DNA of 64,000 bases from Octopus bimaculoides (lineage: Eukaryota): positions 134,389,292-134,453,291 of the forward strand of contig NC_068981.1 of NCBI RefSeq assembly GCF_001194135.2. Reading direction: 5' to 3'. This document shows positions 53,141-64,000 of this stretch, piece by piece (position 1 is the first letter of the stretch; each line of letters begins with the position of its first letter). The translations under genes and the position numbers were made by a program. The notes beneath the pieces are model-generated. The model saw only the letters and a list, made by a program, of their open reading frames with translations. It was not told the DNA's origin and did no database searches.

Positions 53141-53538
53141 GGCTGTGTGGTAAGTAGCTTGCTTACCAACCACATGGTTCCGGGTTCAGTCCCACTGCAT
53201 GGCACCTTGAGCAAGTATCTTCTACTATAGCCTCGGGCCAACTAAAGCCTTGTGAGTGGATTTGGTAGACGGAAACTGAAAGAAGCCCGTCGTATATATG
53301 TATATATATGTATGTGTGTGTATATGTTTGCGTGTCTGTGTTTGTCCCTCCAACATCGCTTGACAACCGATGCTGGTGTGTTTATGTCCCCGTAACTTAG
53401 CGGTTCGGCAAAAGAGACCGATAGAATAAGTACTAGGCTTACAAAGAATAAGTCCTGGGGTCGATTTGCTCGACTAAAGGCGGTGCTCCAGCATGGCCAC
53501 AGTCAAATGACTGAAACAAGTAAAAGAGTAAAAGAGTA
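53141..53538 (+). mobile_element. Young full-length tRNA-derived SINE
   Basis: ggctgtgtggtaagtagcttgc (A box), ggttcagtccc (B box), internal TA/TG repeat, tail (gtaaaaga)2; retains CpGs. Confidence 0.9.
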
Positions 53539-54505
53539 ACTGGGATATATCTATGCCTATACATTTTTTCGGTTGATTGTGCTAAAAACCAAAAAACAAA
53601 AAAAAATGCTTTAGGGGGCTCTAACATTTATTTATTGGCTAATATAACATTTTGACTAAAACCTGCTCCCATTTTAACCATTGATTTTGTGTCAAGTATG
53701 CAAATAGATATATGGACACAAACATGCAAGAATACATAAAAATATTATATGTATGTATGTAAGCAAGCAAGCTGTAGAGATATATGGGTGGCTCATGGTT
53801 TGAGGGTTCCATACATGACACTTAACAAAAGTTCTGTTTTTCCTCTTTGTTCCACTATCCTTATGTGCATGCTCATACATGTATTTCAGTAATGGGCTTT
53901 TGAACAGCTTTCTTCTGTTAAATTCAAAAACATAGGTGGTCTTTAAACTAATCTGTTGGAGAAAAGAGAAATTTAAAGGAATTAAAAATATGTAATGTTA
54001 TTTGAAACTGAAACTATCTTTCAATCTTATAAGCTTTGCTTAATCATTAAATTTTCCTTGCATGTTTTCACATTTATATATGAAAATTTTTTGATAAATC
54101 AATTTAGTGAAATAAGTTTTGTGAGCTAGATTGTCATAATGTTGACAATAGTTTTATGGTCACAACAGTGACAAATCCTTTTTTCTCCTCTTAGCCTTAT
54201 TTCAACATGGCTATTTGTATTGGAGTAGAAGGAAGAGTTTGCTTGTCACAGTGGTGGTAGCACCAATATAAACAAATACGCCCCACAGCCAAACATTCGT
54301 GAAAATCAAAATATTAGCACAGATTTTTAAATATAGGGAAAAGACACATAAAAAGAAGACTAGCAACAATGAATAACTTGACACGCATGCATGCATGCAC
54401 ACACACACACACAGAGAAAAAGCAATAACTTTATTACAAATAGTGGTGGCAAATTTGATATAAATATTTTCAACATAAAGTCAAGCAACAACAATGTCAT
54501 ATATA

Positions 54506-55060
54506 CAGAAATAACTCACTTTATGAGGACCCACTTTACAAGACACTGGATTTACAAGTTTTATTTTTCAAGTAAAAGGTCCAAATTTTGAATAAAGTGC
54601 AAAAGTTTCTACTACCATAGCAAATGCTTCTGCGTGTTACTGAGAAATTTATGGAGAGTGAAAAAAGTTCCTTAGCAAACAATTCTAGACTTGGTTTTTA
54701 AAAAGAAATCTACAGGTCTGTCTATGAGTGCTTGTGAATCAGCAATCGCGTTTACAAGTGATGGTGTGCGTGAGTCTAGTGTGAGAGAAAGTGATTCAGA
54801 AAACGATTATACTAATAATATTTTTTATTATAAATGATCTTGACATTCTTTTTACTTTATATAAAATATTCTTTAAATTCTACTGTTGTTTTATTTCGTT
54901 TATTTACAAGTATTATAAATTTTATAGGTAAAATATTTTTATGGGAACAAATTACAATTCATAACATTACTACTATGAGAAATTATTGCTCTGCTTTACA
55001 AGTTTTTGCTTTACAAGCAATCTCCAGGAACAAACAGACTTGTGTATCGAGGCATTACTG
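54506..55060. mobile_element. Tigger/pogo-like non-autonomous DNA element
   Basis: TA|cagaaataactcactttatgag ... cttgtgtatcgaggcattactg|TA; degenerate TIRs (13/22 match). Confidence 0.4.
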
Positions 55061-55657
55061 TACACACACATTTTACAGAGAGTAAATGTTAAAGGTTTTG
55101 GAAGCTATTTTGTTAATATTCTTTCTCCACTTCTCAAAACGTTTATGGACATAAATAAATCCCAGTGTGGAAAACAAACAAAAATGTGGTGGTGGTGTAG
55201 TGCAAAGGTGGGTATTGCCTGAGGAAATGGTCCAAGAACAGACAAAGAGATATACCTCTTTCTTCCAAAGAGTGGAATTGAGTGTAACTTCCAATGTGCC
55301 CTCAAAGAAGCAACCGAAGTAACTCCTGGACAAGTTATTGTCCATTGGTCAGAAAAAAAAGAAAATCATACAGATGTATCTTGCTTGTATTAAGAATCAA
55401 GAGTATGATGTGGGATAGTATGAGATGGTAAAGTATGAGAAGGTAAAGAGCTGGAAGAAACACTACCAAGTATTTTGTGCACTAACGGTTCTGCCAGCTT
55501 GCTACCTTAATCTTTATAATATATTCTTTTTATAAGCTCAATCTTTTTATTTCTTTTGTTTTTCAGTTGAATATACCATGTAGTAAACTGTTTAAGAAAT
55601 ATATGAAATTACTCTGATGCTGGCTGTGTCATGACAAGCTAGAGAAATGATCTAAAA

Positions 55658-55954
55658 CAGGGGTTTTCAAACTGTGGTCCGTGGACCACAGGGGGTCTGC
55701 AAGGATAAGGCAGGGGGTCCGTGGACAGCAAATACTTTTTATGGGCAATTTGATTTTATATATGTTTTTTAATCGAAATCTTTTAATAGACAATAAACCT
55801 ATTTGTTAAATACTGTTAAATAAATAAATGTAAAAATATATGTTATTTTAAGCAAATATTTATGTATAAATTTCATAAGCGTTCATAAGGGGGTCTCTAA
55901 GGTAAAGCCTGAAATATAAAGGGGTCCGCAAGTCAAAAAGTTTGAAAACCCCTG
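55658..55954. mobile_element. hAT (Charlie-like) MITE
   Basis: 15-bp perfect TIR caggggttttcaaac / gtttgaaaacccctg; 8-bp TSD atctaaaa / atataaaa; subterminal ggggtcc motifs. Confidence 0.9.
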
Positions 55955-56007
55955 ATATAAAAGATAAACCTGTCTAATTATTAAGTGGAGCTCAGTATTA
56001 TAAAGAT

Positions 56008-56512
56008 TCATCATCATCATCATCACCACCACCTTCATTTAACGTCCATGTTGATGTGGGTTGGACAATTTGACCAGGGCTGGTAAGCTGGAAGGTTGCA
56101 CCAGACTCCAGTCTGATTTAGCATGGTTTCTATGGCTGGATGCTCTTACTACCATCAACCACTCCGAGAGTGTAATTGGTGCTTTTATGTGCCACCAGCA
56201 TGGGTGCCATTTGCGTGACACCAGTATCCGCCACAACTGCGATTTTACTTGGCTCGATAGGTCTTCTTCTCAAACACGACATAATGCCAAAGGTCTCGGT
56301 CATTCATCATAGCCCCCGTGAGACCCAACACTTGAAAGGAGCTTTTGAGGTCCAACACTCAAAAGGAGCTTTTTAGGAAGGGCATCCAGCTGTAGAAACT
56401 CTGCCAGATCAGATTGGAGCTTGGTGCAGCCATCTGGTTCGCCAGTCCTCAGTCAAATTGTCCAACCCATGCTAGCATGGAAAGCGGACTTTAAATGATG
56501 ATGATGATGATA
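56008..56512. mobile_element. Two RTE 3' ends head to head (56008-56330 -, 56375-56512 +)
   Basis: Both carry the ccatgctagcatgg / gatgatgat tail; the minus copy includes the ORF end (caaaggtctcggtc). Confidence 0.8.
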
Positions 56513-56695
56513 ACAAGCTTGGTATTTCTGATGACAGATTTTGGTGTGTAGAATGAGATTCAGTTATTGTTGTACAATTTTTTGGCATCATCTAACTTTT
56601 CTGTAAATGCCTTGGGTGTATACAGTACATCTATTTATTTATTTATTTATTTGTTTGTATGGTATGTATACGTGTGTGTTTGTGCATTTACACCT

Positions 56696-56912
56696 CTGGA
56701 ATATAATGTAATGTACATGGTTACCTTTTTTCTTTTTATTTGTGTTGTTTATAGTAATTTTTGGATCTTACTTAATATCTGCAGGTGTCTTTTTCTTGCT
56801 TTTTTTTGTTTCTTTTTTTATTTTTATCAGTTTCAACCTGCTTATTAATGTTAGATAGTTTTCACGCTGTTTTTCCTAATGGCAAAAATCAGTAAGAATT
56901 CTACCATGTCAA
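56696..56912 (+). repeat. ~210-bp local direct duplication (second copy 57624-57831)
   Basis: Both copies run from ctggaatataatg to gttttcacgctgtttttcctaatggcaaaaatcag.aagaattctaccat. Confidence 0.85.
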
Positions 56913-57234
56913 TGATTTTTATGCTGTATTTAGATCTTAAAGGTGCTTCTGTTGTTACCTTGTATTTTGGAAACAGTACAAACTGGAAGATTTTGACAAA
57001 CTCCAAAACCTGTAAAAAAAATTTTTTTAAATGAAATATTTGAAAAGCACACAAGTATAAGAGTTTTCAATTGTGTGTTTGCCATTTTAAAACTTCATTC
57101 CAAAGTTAATAAAGTATTAGTTTCCATGTTAATAATTATTAGACTTGTCTGTTTCTGAACATAAGTCTGGACGTTTAAAGTTGTAGGTTCATGCAAAATA
57201 TTGCTTTCCATTGAAGTTAGTTATTTTATGTCAC

Positions 57235-57620
<386 letters not shown>

Positions 57621-57930
57621 TAGCTGGAATATAATGTTATGTACATGATTACCTCTTGTGTCTTTATAGTAATTTTTTAATCTTACTTAATATATGCAGG
57701 GGTCTTTTTCTTGCTTTTTCCTTTTCTTTTCCTTCTTTTTTTTTATCAGCTTCAATCTGCTTATTAATGTTTGATAGTTTTCACGCTGTTTTTCCTAATG
57801 GCAAAAATCAGCAAGAATTCTACCATATCAAGGTTCCATACTGTGTAACTGAACCCGAAACCATATGGTTGCAAGGCGAACTTTACAACTATCCAGCCAT
57901 CCCTGCACCATTATTAATAATAGCATCAAT

Positions 57931-58150
57931 AAGGTGGTGAGCTTGCAGAAACATTACCATGCCAGGTGAAATGCTTAGCGGTATTTCGTCTGCTTCTACG
58001 TTCTGAGTTCAAATTCCACCAAGGTTGACTTAGCCTTTCATCTTTTTGGAGTTGATAAATTAAGTACCAGTTGAGTACTGGGGGTCGATGTAATCGACTA
58101 TCCCCTCCCCCAAATTTCAGGCCTTGTGCCTATAGTAGAAAAGATTATTA
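57931..58150 (+). mobile_element. tRNA-derived SINE, another family
   Basis: aaggtggtgagcttgcagaaac..gagttcaaattcc..gttgacttagcctttcatctttttggagttgataaattaagtaccag..ggccttgtgcc. Confidence 0.75.
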
Positions 58151-60102
58151 ATAACATCGATGGGATCATTTTTGTATGTTTGTCTATTGCTAAAGGAGGA
58201 ATTTTTAGTAACAAAACAATCATTTGGACAGAGGATACACCATACATGCTATAAGTAAGACTTGAATTTATAACCATATGGTCAGTAGTTCAATGACTTG
58301 ACCGAGTATATTATTTAAAGAGATGCGGAAATTCCAGTCACAGCATGGGCTTTCAGCTCTTATTTCTTTCTGCATTCATAGAGTGAGTACATACAACATT
58401 CTTAAATTAAAACCAACGTATACAAATATTGTTTAATTATTGTTTTATGTCCATTTATCCACACTAACACAAGTGGGATAGTTTTTGTCAATGTACATAT
58501 TTGTTTATTGTTACAGGAGTGTTTTATAGCTACTATTTACTCAATTGTGAAATGAAAAGACATTTTTCCCATGTTGATAAACGAAATTCATATCTTAACA
58601 ATGCGTCTTTTAATGTCTATAATATTGTTTGAACTCAAGACAATTCGGTCAGCAATCTAGCTTGTTGACCTCTTAGAAAATTTACAAGTAAGGTGCTATG
58701 GTCTCTTCAGCACTCCTGATTGTCATAAATTACATTAGTATTTGGTATGCTGAGGTATGGATGCAAACTTATTACACTAAAGTGCTTTTATTCAGTAATA
58801 ATAGCCTGAGATGTTATTACATAAACATCAACTATAAAACTGAAGATACACCAATGTCAAATAATAGAGAAGCAAAACTGATGCAACAAAAAATGCTAAT
58901 TGTACACCTGTTAGAAGTCATTCATTTCTAGAAACGCAAGAGCTGTAAGCCACAAATGTGGACCATCAATGATAGGATTAGACACACAACTCACTCTCTC
59001 TCCCCCTCTCTCTCTCTCCCCTCTTTCTCTCTCTCTCCCCTCTTTCTCTCTCCCCCTCTCTGTCTCTGTCTCTCTCTCTCACACACACACATTCAGTCAT
59101 TTGCATTATATCTATTCAGTTTTTATACATGCACTTATGTATGTAAACACTGCTTCTCTTATTCTTACACACATACTTGACAACTTTTAGTGAATGTTGG
59201 TCATTAAATGATGATCGATATATAAATATATACACACACTAACACACACACACACATGTATTTGTATGTGCATATATATATATATATATATATGTCTGTA
59301 ATAAACTGAGGAAAAGAAATCCTTCAACGAGGTGTGTTAAACATCCAATTCACTGGTACGTCAGTTGGATACCATACAAATATTGGTATAATTCAATTAT
59401 AAAGATAAATTAAATATAATGATATTCAATTGACAATCCAATAATTTATTTGTATTACAATATTACATTAAATACTATGAATATAATATATAACATAATA
59501 TTATATAACATAAATAAAAGGCCAACAAATCACATGGATTTTCGTCTGTTTCTAAAACCAAAGACCCTGAACTGACTATATATATATATATNNNNNNNNN
59601 NNNNNNNNNNNNNNNNNNNNNNNNNNNNNNNNNNNNNNNNNNNNNNNNNNNNNNNNNNNNNNNNNNNNNNNNNNNNNNNNNNNNNNNNNNNNNNNNNNNN
59701 NNNNNNNNNNNNNNNNNNNNNNNNNNNNNNNNNNNNNNNNNNNNNNNNNNNNNNNNNNNNNNNNNNNNNNNNNNNNNNNNNNNNNNNNNNNNNNNNNNNN
59801 NNNNNNNNNNNNNNNNNNNNNNNNNNNNNNNNNNNNNNNNNNNNNNNNNNNNNNNNNNNNNNNNNNNNNNNNNNNNNNNNNNNNNNNNNNNNNNNNNNNN
59901 NNNNNNNNNNNNNNNNNNNNNNNNNNNNNNNNNNNNNNNNNNNNNNNNNNNNNNNNNNNNNNNNNNNNNNNNNNNNNNNNNNNNNNNNNNNNNNNNNNNN
60001 NNNNNNNNNNNNNNNNNNNNNNNNNNNNNNNNNNNNNNNNNNNNNNNNNNNNNNNNNNNNNNNNNNNNNNNNNNNNNNNNNNNNNNNNNNNNNNNNNNNN
60101 NN

Positions 60103-60140
<38 letters not shown>

Positions 60141-60142
<2 letters not shown>

Positions 60143-60711
60143 TATGTGGGTACAGTAGTAATAGGATAGAATAATGGGAGAAGAGGAGGTAAAAGAATAA
60201 GAGAGAGAAAGAGAGAAAAAGGAAATAGTAAAAAGATAGAGTGCACATCAGAATTATTAAGATAAAACTTACTTGGAAGAGGATGTGTAGCATTCAATCA
60301 TATAATAATATAAATAATATATATGCATATATACATACGTATATGTACATACTTACATCTATACATATAGATCAGTTTTTGGCTGTTTTTCTACTCTCAT
60401 ATTTCAAGCATTTAACAACAAGATACGCTTTTGATAAAACAGTTGCTCCCGCAAAGCAAATTAAATAAAATTTGAGATTTTAGCGGAGGGTCAGAATTGG
60501 TAACACAAACAGGACAGTGAAAACAAACAGGAAGATGGGAAGGGGAGGTAGAAGAATAAGAGAAAGAATAATAGGATAGAATAATGGAAGAAGAGGAGGT
60601 AAAAGAATAAGAGAGAAAAACGAAAGAGTAAAAAGATAGAATAGTGCGTATCAGAATTATTAAGATAAAACTTACTTGGAAGAGGATGCATGGCATTCAA
60701 TCATATAAATA

Positions 60712-60748
<37 letters not shown>

Positions 60749-60930
60749 NNNNNNNNNNCATATGTGGGCACAGGACGTCACGAAACGTGTACAACAAAAA
60801 ATATACGAATTCCAAGTACATGGAATATGAACTATTTTTTCGAACAACGAAAGACACAAATGGAAAACAAGACGAGCAACACAAAGAATGACCCTTCATC
60901 AGTTGTTGGCTGTTTTTCTACTCTCGTATA
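60141..60930. repeat. Partially tandem repeat unit family (pLTR-like?)
   Basis: 60160-60310 repeats at 60570-60712 (period 410); 60370-60400 repeats at 60898-60928; catatgtggg.acag at 60139 and 60769. Confidence 0.7.
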
Positions 60931-60984
60931 TATAAATAAATATATATAGAAAGATTAATATTAACAGCCATGCACAATGTTATT

Positions 60985-61260
60985 GATGCAAGGCTTCATC
61001 TAAGGGTCCTTGAACACTTCCATCAGAGATATTTGATACACATTCTGAATGCTGACTGATTCTGGTGGACTCCAGACACTAAGGTCTTGAGAGGAGTTGA
61101 CATCCTGAGCATTGAGGCAACGTAATCGGTGCACAAGCACTGATTACACTGGACTTGACACCATGTTTGGATGAATGATCAGAGGATCCCTAAACAGATG
61201 CTATATGGTGACCTTGTTTGTGGAAAGTTTCCCCAGCAGAAAGTCCTCGTTGGCAGTATG
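60985..61260 (+). pseudogene. RTE (BovB-like) LINE C-terminal relic
   Basis: RLHLRVLEHFHQRYLIHILN..DTKVL..SIEA..MNDQRIPKQMLYGDLVCGK with stops. Confidence 0.75.
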
Positions 61261-61324
61261 TGAGATATGGAAGATCAATTGGGAAAGCTACACTTGTTGT
61301 CTTCATCAATGGAAGAAAAGAGCA

Positions 61325-61603
61325 ACTTTGGATGCAACTTTCATGGATGGTTGGCTTCATGACTGGCATGAACTGATTAGATTTTGGGATTGATCCGGTA
61401 CCGGACAAGGATTCTGGATTATTTTTCTGTTTTTTTTTTTATTTAATTTTTGAGAGCAGTCAAGTTCATTTTTAGTATTCTCTCTTGTGAGAGCAGTCGA
61501 ATTTATTTCAGATATTCTCATTTTAAAAATCATCTCTGGCTAATCGTTGACAGGACATTGGTGTTGCCTTGGTGGAGGTTTGCACTCTTTGAATGCTCTT
61601 GTT
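61325..61603 (+). mobile_element. 3' part of a Helentron-type non-autonomous element (HINE/DINE-like)
   Basis: ..attttgggattgatccgg..; subterminal ccttggtggaggt (61567-79), then stem-loop gcactc-ttt-gaatgc and tcttgTT end. Family assignment from recalled architecture. Confidence 0.5.
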
Positions 61604-62513
61604 ATTATTATTATTGTTCATAAATTAAAATTTTTATTACTTTTGCTTTGTGTTATATCACACAGCTGGCATAATCTAGATTAGTATGACTTCATTGCAC
61701 TTTTATGTAAATAGAAACAAAAAGGATGAGATTAATAGTCCAACTAATGTATTATTATTTTAGTAATAGTTATAAATGCCAATATAAAATATCTGTTTTT
61801 CTATTTTTCAAAAGTAATATTTAGGTTAATATTTAAAAACTCCTTAAAAATCTTTTTTTAAAAATTGGAGTTCGCTGCAACTAAATTTTAGTTCTCCCAA
61901 TGTATAGGTTATTAATGTATCTTTAATAATGTTTATTTATTATCAATTATTTGAACATCATTATCATTCAGTTTATCATTCTTAAACTATTTGCATCAAA
62001 TCTTTCAATTCACATTAACATATATTCATGTATACAAGTGGATCATTGAATTGAATTTCTTGGTACTAGTTAGAAAAGATCACTAAAATTAGACTACTAT
62101 TTAATCTTTTAAAAATCAGTATCCTTTGTGAAATGATTTGAATTTTATTGGTATTCATTGATGTGTATGTATTTATATATAAATGTATGTGTGTGTGCAT
62201 GCATGCGTGTGTATGTATATAGGCACTCAGCACAGTCTTCTGACCTGTCAGATCCTGTCAAACCATCCAACCCCTGCTAGTATGGAATATAGATGCTAAA
62301 TGATGGTGTCACTGATATGTACATATATTTATGAGTATTGTTATGCAGATATATATCAATATTATTAATTAACTACAGGCATGCATATGTGTTTAAGAAC
62401 CTTGGGCAAGTGTCTTCTCTTACAGCCCTGGGTCAAGCAAAGCTTTGTAAGTAGATTTGGTCGATGAAAACTGCAAGAAGTTTGTTATATATATGTAGAT
62501 ACATATACACATA

Positions 62514-62658
62514 TAGATGGTAGCATTTTTTGCCATTCTAACATGGCTGTTCTATACAGAACTATGTTACTACATTTTAAAATGGGGTTAAAATGTAGTA
62601 ATATAGTTCTCTATAGAACAGCCATGATATAGTAGCAAAAAAAAAATGTTACCATCTA
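62514..62658. mobile_element. 145-bp near-perfect palindromic MITE
   Basis: tagatggtagcatttttt..actacattttaa-aatgggg-ttaaaatgtagt..aaaatgttaccatcta; TA at both termini. Confidence 0.8.
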
Positions 62659-63149
62659 GTATTGTTACTATTTATATCTCATTTAGAAATTTTAGAACTA
62701 GCTATTTTGCCTGTTAAATATATATATGTGTGTGTGTGTGTGTGTATTTCCAGAGAAACACTCAACCTGAAATTTGGACCTTCAACACTGTTGGGTTTCA
62801 GACCAATGCCAAAATTCTTCAAGTGTAGAAAATCCTGGTTTCACTATGGTCACACTGTTATGTGGGTTCGGCAAAGAGTAAATTATAATCCAAATTATTT
62901 ATTTCAGTACCTACTCTGCTTGCAACACCAGTTTATGCAAAAGTTGAAAGTGAAAATTTATGTAATGTTTGCAATTTTAGACATTAGAGTGGCTCTTCAT
63001 CAGCAAACATTACATAAATTTTCATTTTGAATTTTTATGTAAACTGGTTTTGCAAGTAGAATTGGTACAGAAACAAATATAACAAACCATTAAAGATGTG
63101 TTAAAAAATTTATTTGTCTTCTTATTATTTGGATCATTCATTCATTCAT

Positions 63150-64000
63150 CACTGTAAATAAAGATAGTGACCTGAGAATATTACATCAGGCTTAGGAAAA
63201 TATGGCAGTTGGAACTCTACTCTTACAACAAAACAATATCCCACAATGTATTTGCAGTACCAGTGCTGATCCCAACATTTGGGATACTTGATTGGTCTGT
63301 AGAGGAAATCCACTCCATAGATATCAAAACTCGCAAAATCCTGACAACAACTGGGAACTTCCACAGAAACAGTGATGTTGATAGGCTCTACCTAAGAAGA
63401 AATGAAGGTGGTAGTGGTCTGGAATCAGTGTAGACTGCCGTATGGTATCGCTCAGGCAGCACCTGCTAAACAACAGCAGCAAAAATAAATATATTAATGC
63501 AGTCGTGAAAAGTGTACAAGTTAGCAGTGAACTCAAGAAACACTCTCTTCCTGATGATCTCCTATACAGCTCCAAAACAACTGGGCTCCCTTACCGCAGA
63601 GAAGACCTGGATGGAAAGCACTCAGCATACAAAAAAAGACCATGCATGGGTATGTTGCCTGGAAGCTTGAAGAAGACAGTAGAATTGACACGAAGCACAG
63701 CCTCTCCTGGACACAAGACCACTACGTCACATCACACTTTAAAGGCTATGCGTTTGCAATCCAGGTACAGGAGATTGCCACAAAGTATCTGGTGAACAAG
63801 AGAGACAGTGATGCTTTTGTAATCCCAAGGTGCAACCATATGTGTAGGCTCTGTCATGTTTCTGTGAAAGACATTATGCATGTGATTAGCAGCTGCTCTA
63901 AAATGTTGTTGCTAAAACAATTTACAATGCTATCCTCAAAAACGACTGTCCTGAATTAAACTTAGAAAATCCCTCTGTTATGGAATACATTCATAAACAC
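63150..64000 (+). pseudogene. R4/Dong-like (restriction-like endonuclease class) non-LTR retrotransposon fragment, 5'-truncated
   Basis: EYYIRLRKIWQLELYSYNK..FAVPVLIPTFGILDW..DVDRLYLRRNEGGSGL..MHGY..GYAFAIQVQEIATKY..CRLC..DIMHVISSC (CCHC knuckle); stops and frameshifts. Confidence 0.8.

Noticed and set aside
58517-58688. AG..GTAAG-bounded exon-like segment
   Set aside because: All three frames contain stops; could only be non-coding, unsupported without RNA data.
59345-59385. Minus-strand atccaa-ctgacgta..gaa-ttggat stem enclosing a core-like sequence
   Set aside because: Only 16 nt between the arms; no room for helices II/III or a cleavage triplet.

Overview
AT-rich, microsatellite-dense animal DNA with 11 N-gaps, most flanked by (TA)n. 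The tRNA-derived SINE families, RTE tails ending in (GAT)n and compound TA/TG/CA repeats look like an Octopus (coleoid cephalopod) scaffold; this is inference, not a search result. No intact host gene could be supported, so the window is intronic or intergenic. It is a mosaic of transposon relics. Retroelements: Penelope-like RT, RTE, CR1/L2, R4/Dong-like LINEs and several SINE families. DNA elements: two mariners, hAT-, piggyBac- and Tigger-like MITEs, a Helitron Rep fragment and a Helentron-like end. The most interesting signals are RNA-structural: (i) a ~410-bp non-coding unit at 25586-25995 with 50-bp terminal direct repeats (period 356) around a type I hammerhead-ribozyme fold, i.e. a retrozyme-like element; (ii) a minimal hammerhead in the inverted terminal repeat of a Penelope-like element at 237-282; (iii) a relic with three C2H2 zinc fingers, several long foldbacks, a pre-miRNA-like hairpin and a 70-bp locally templated insertion. 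All calls come from reading and hand translation; relic boundaries are approximate.
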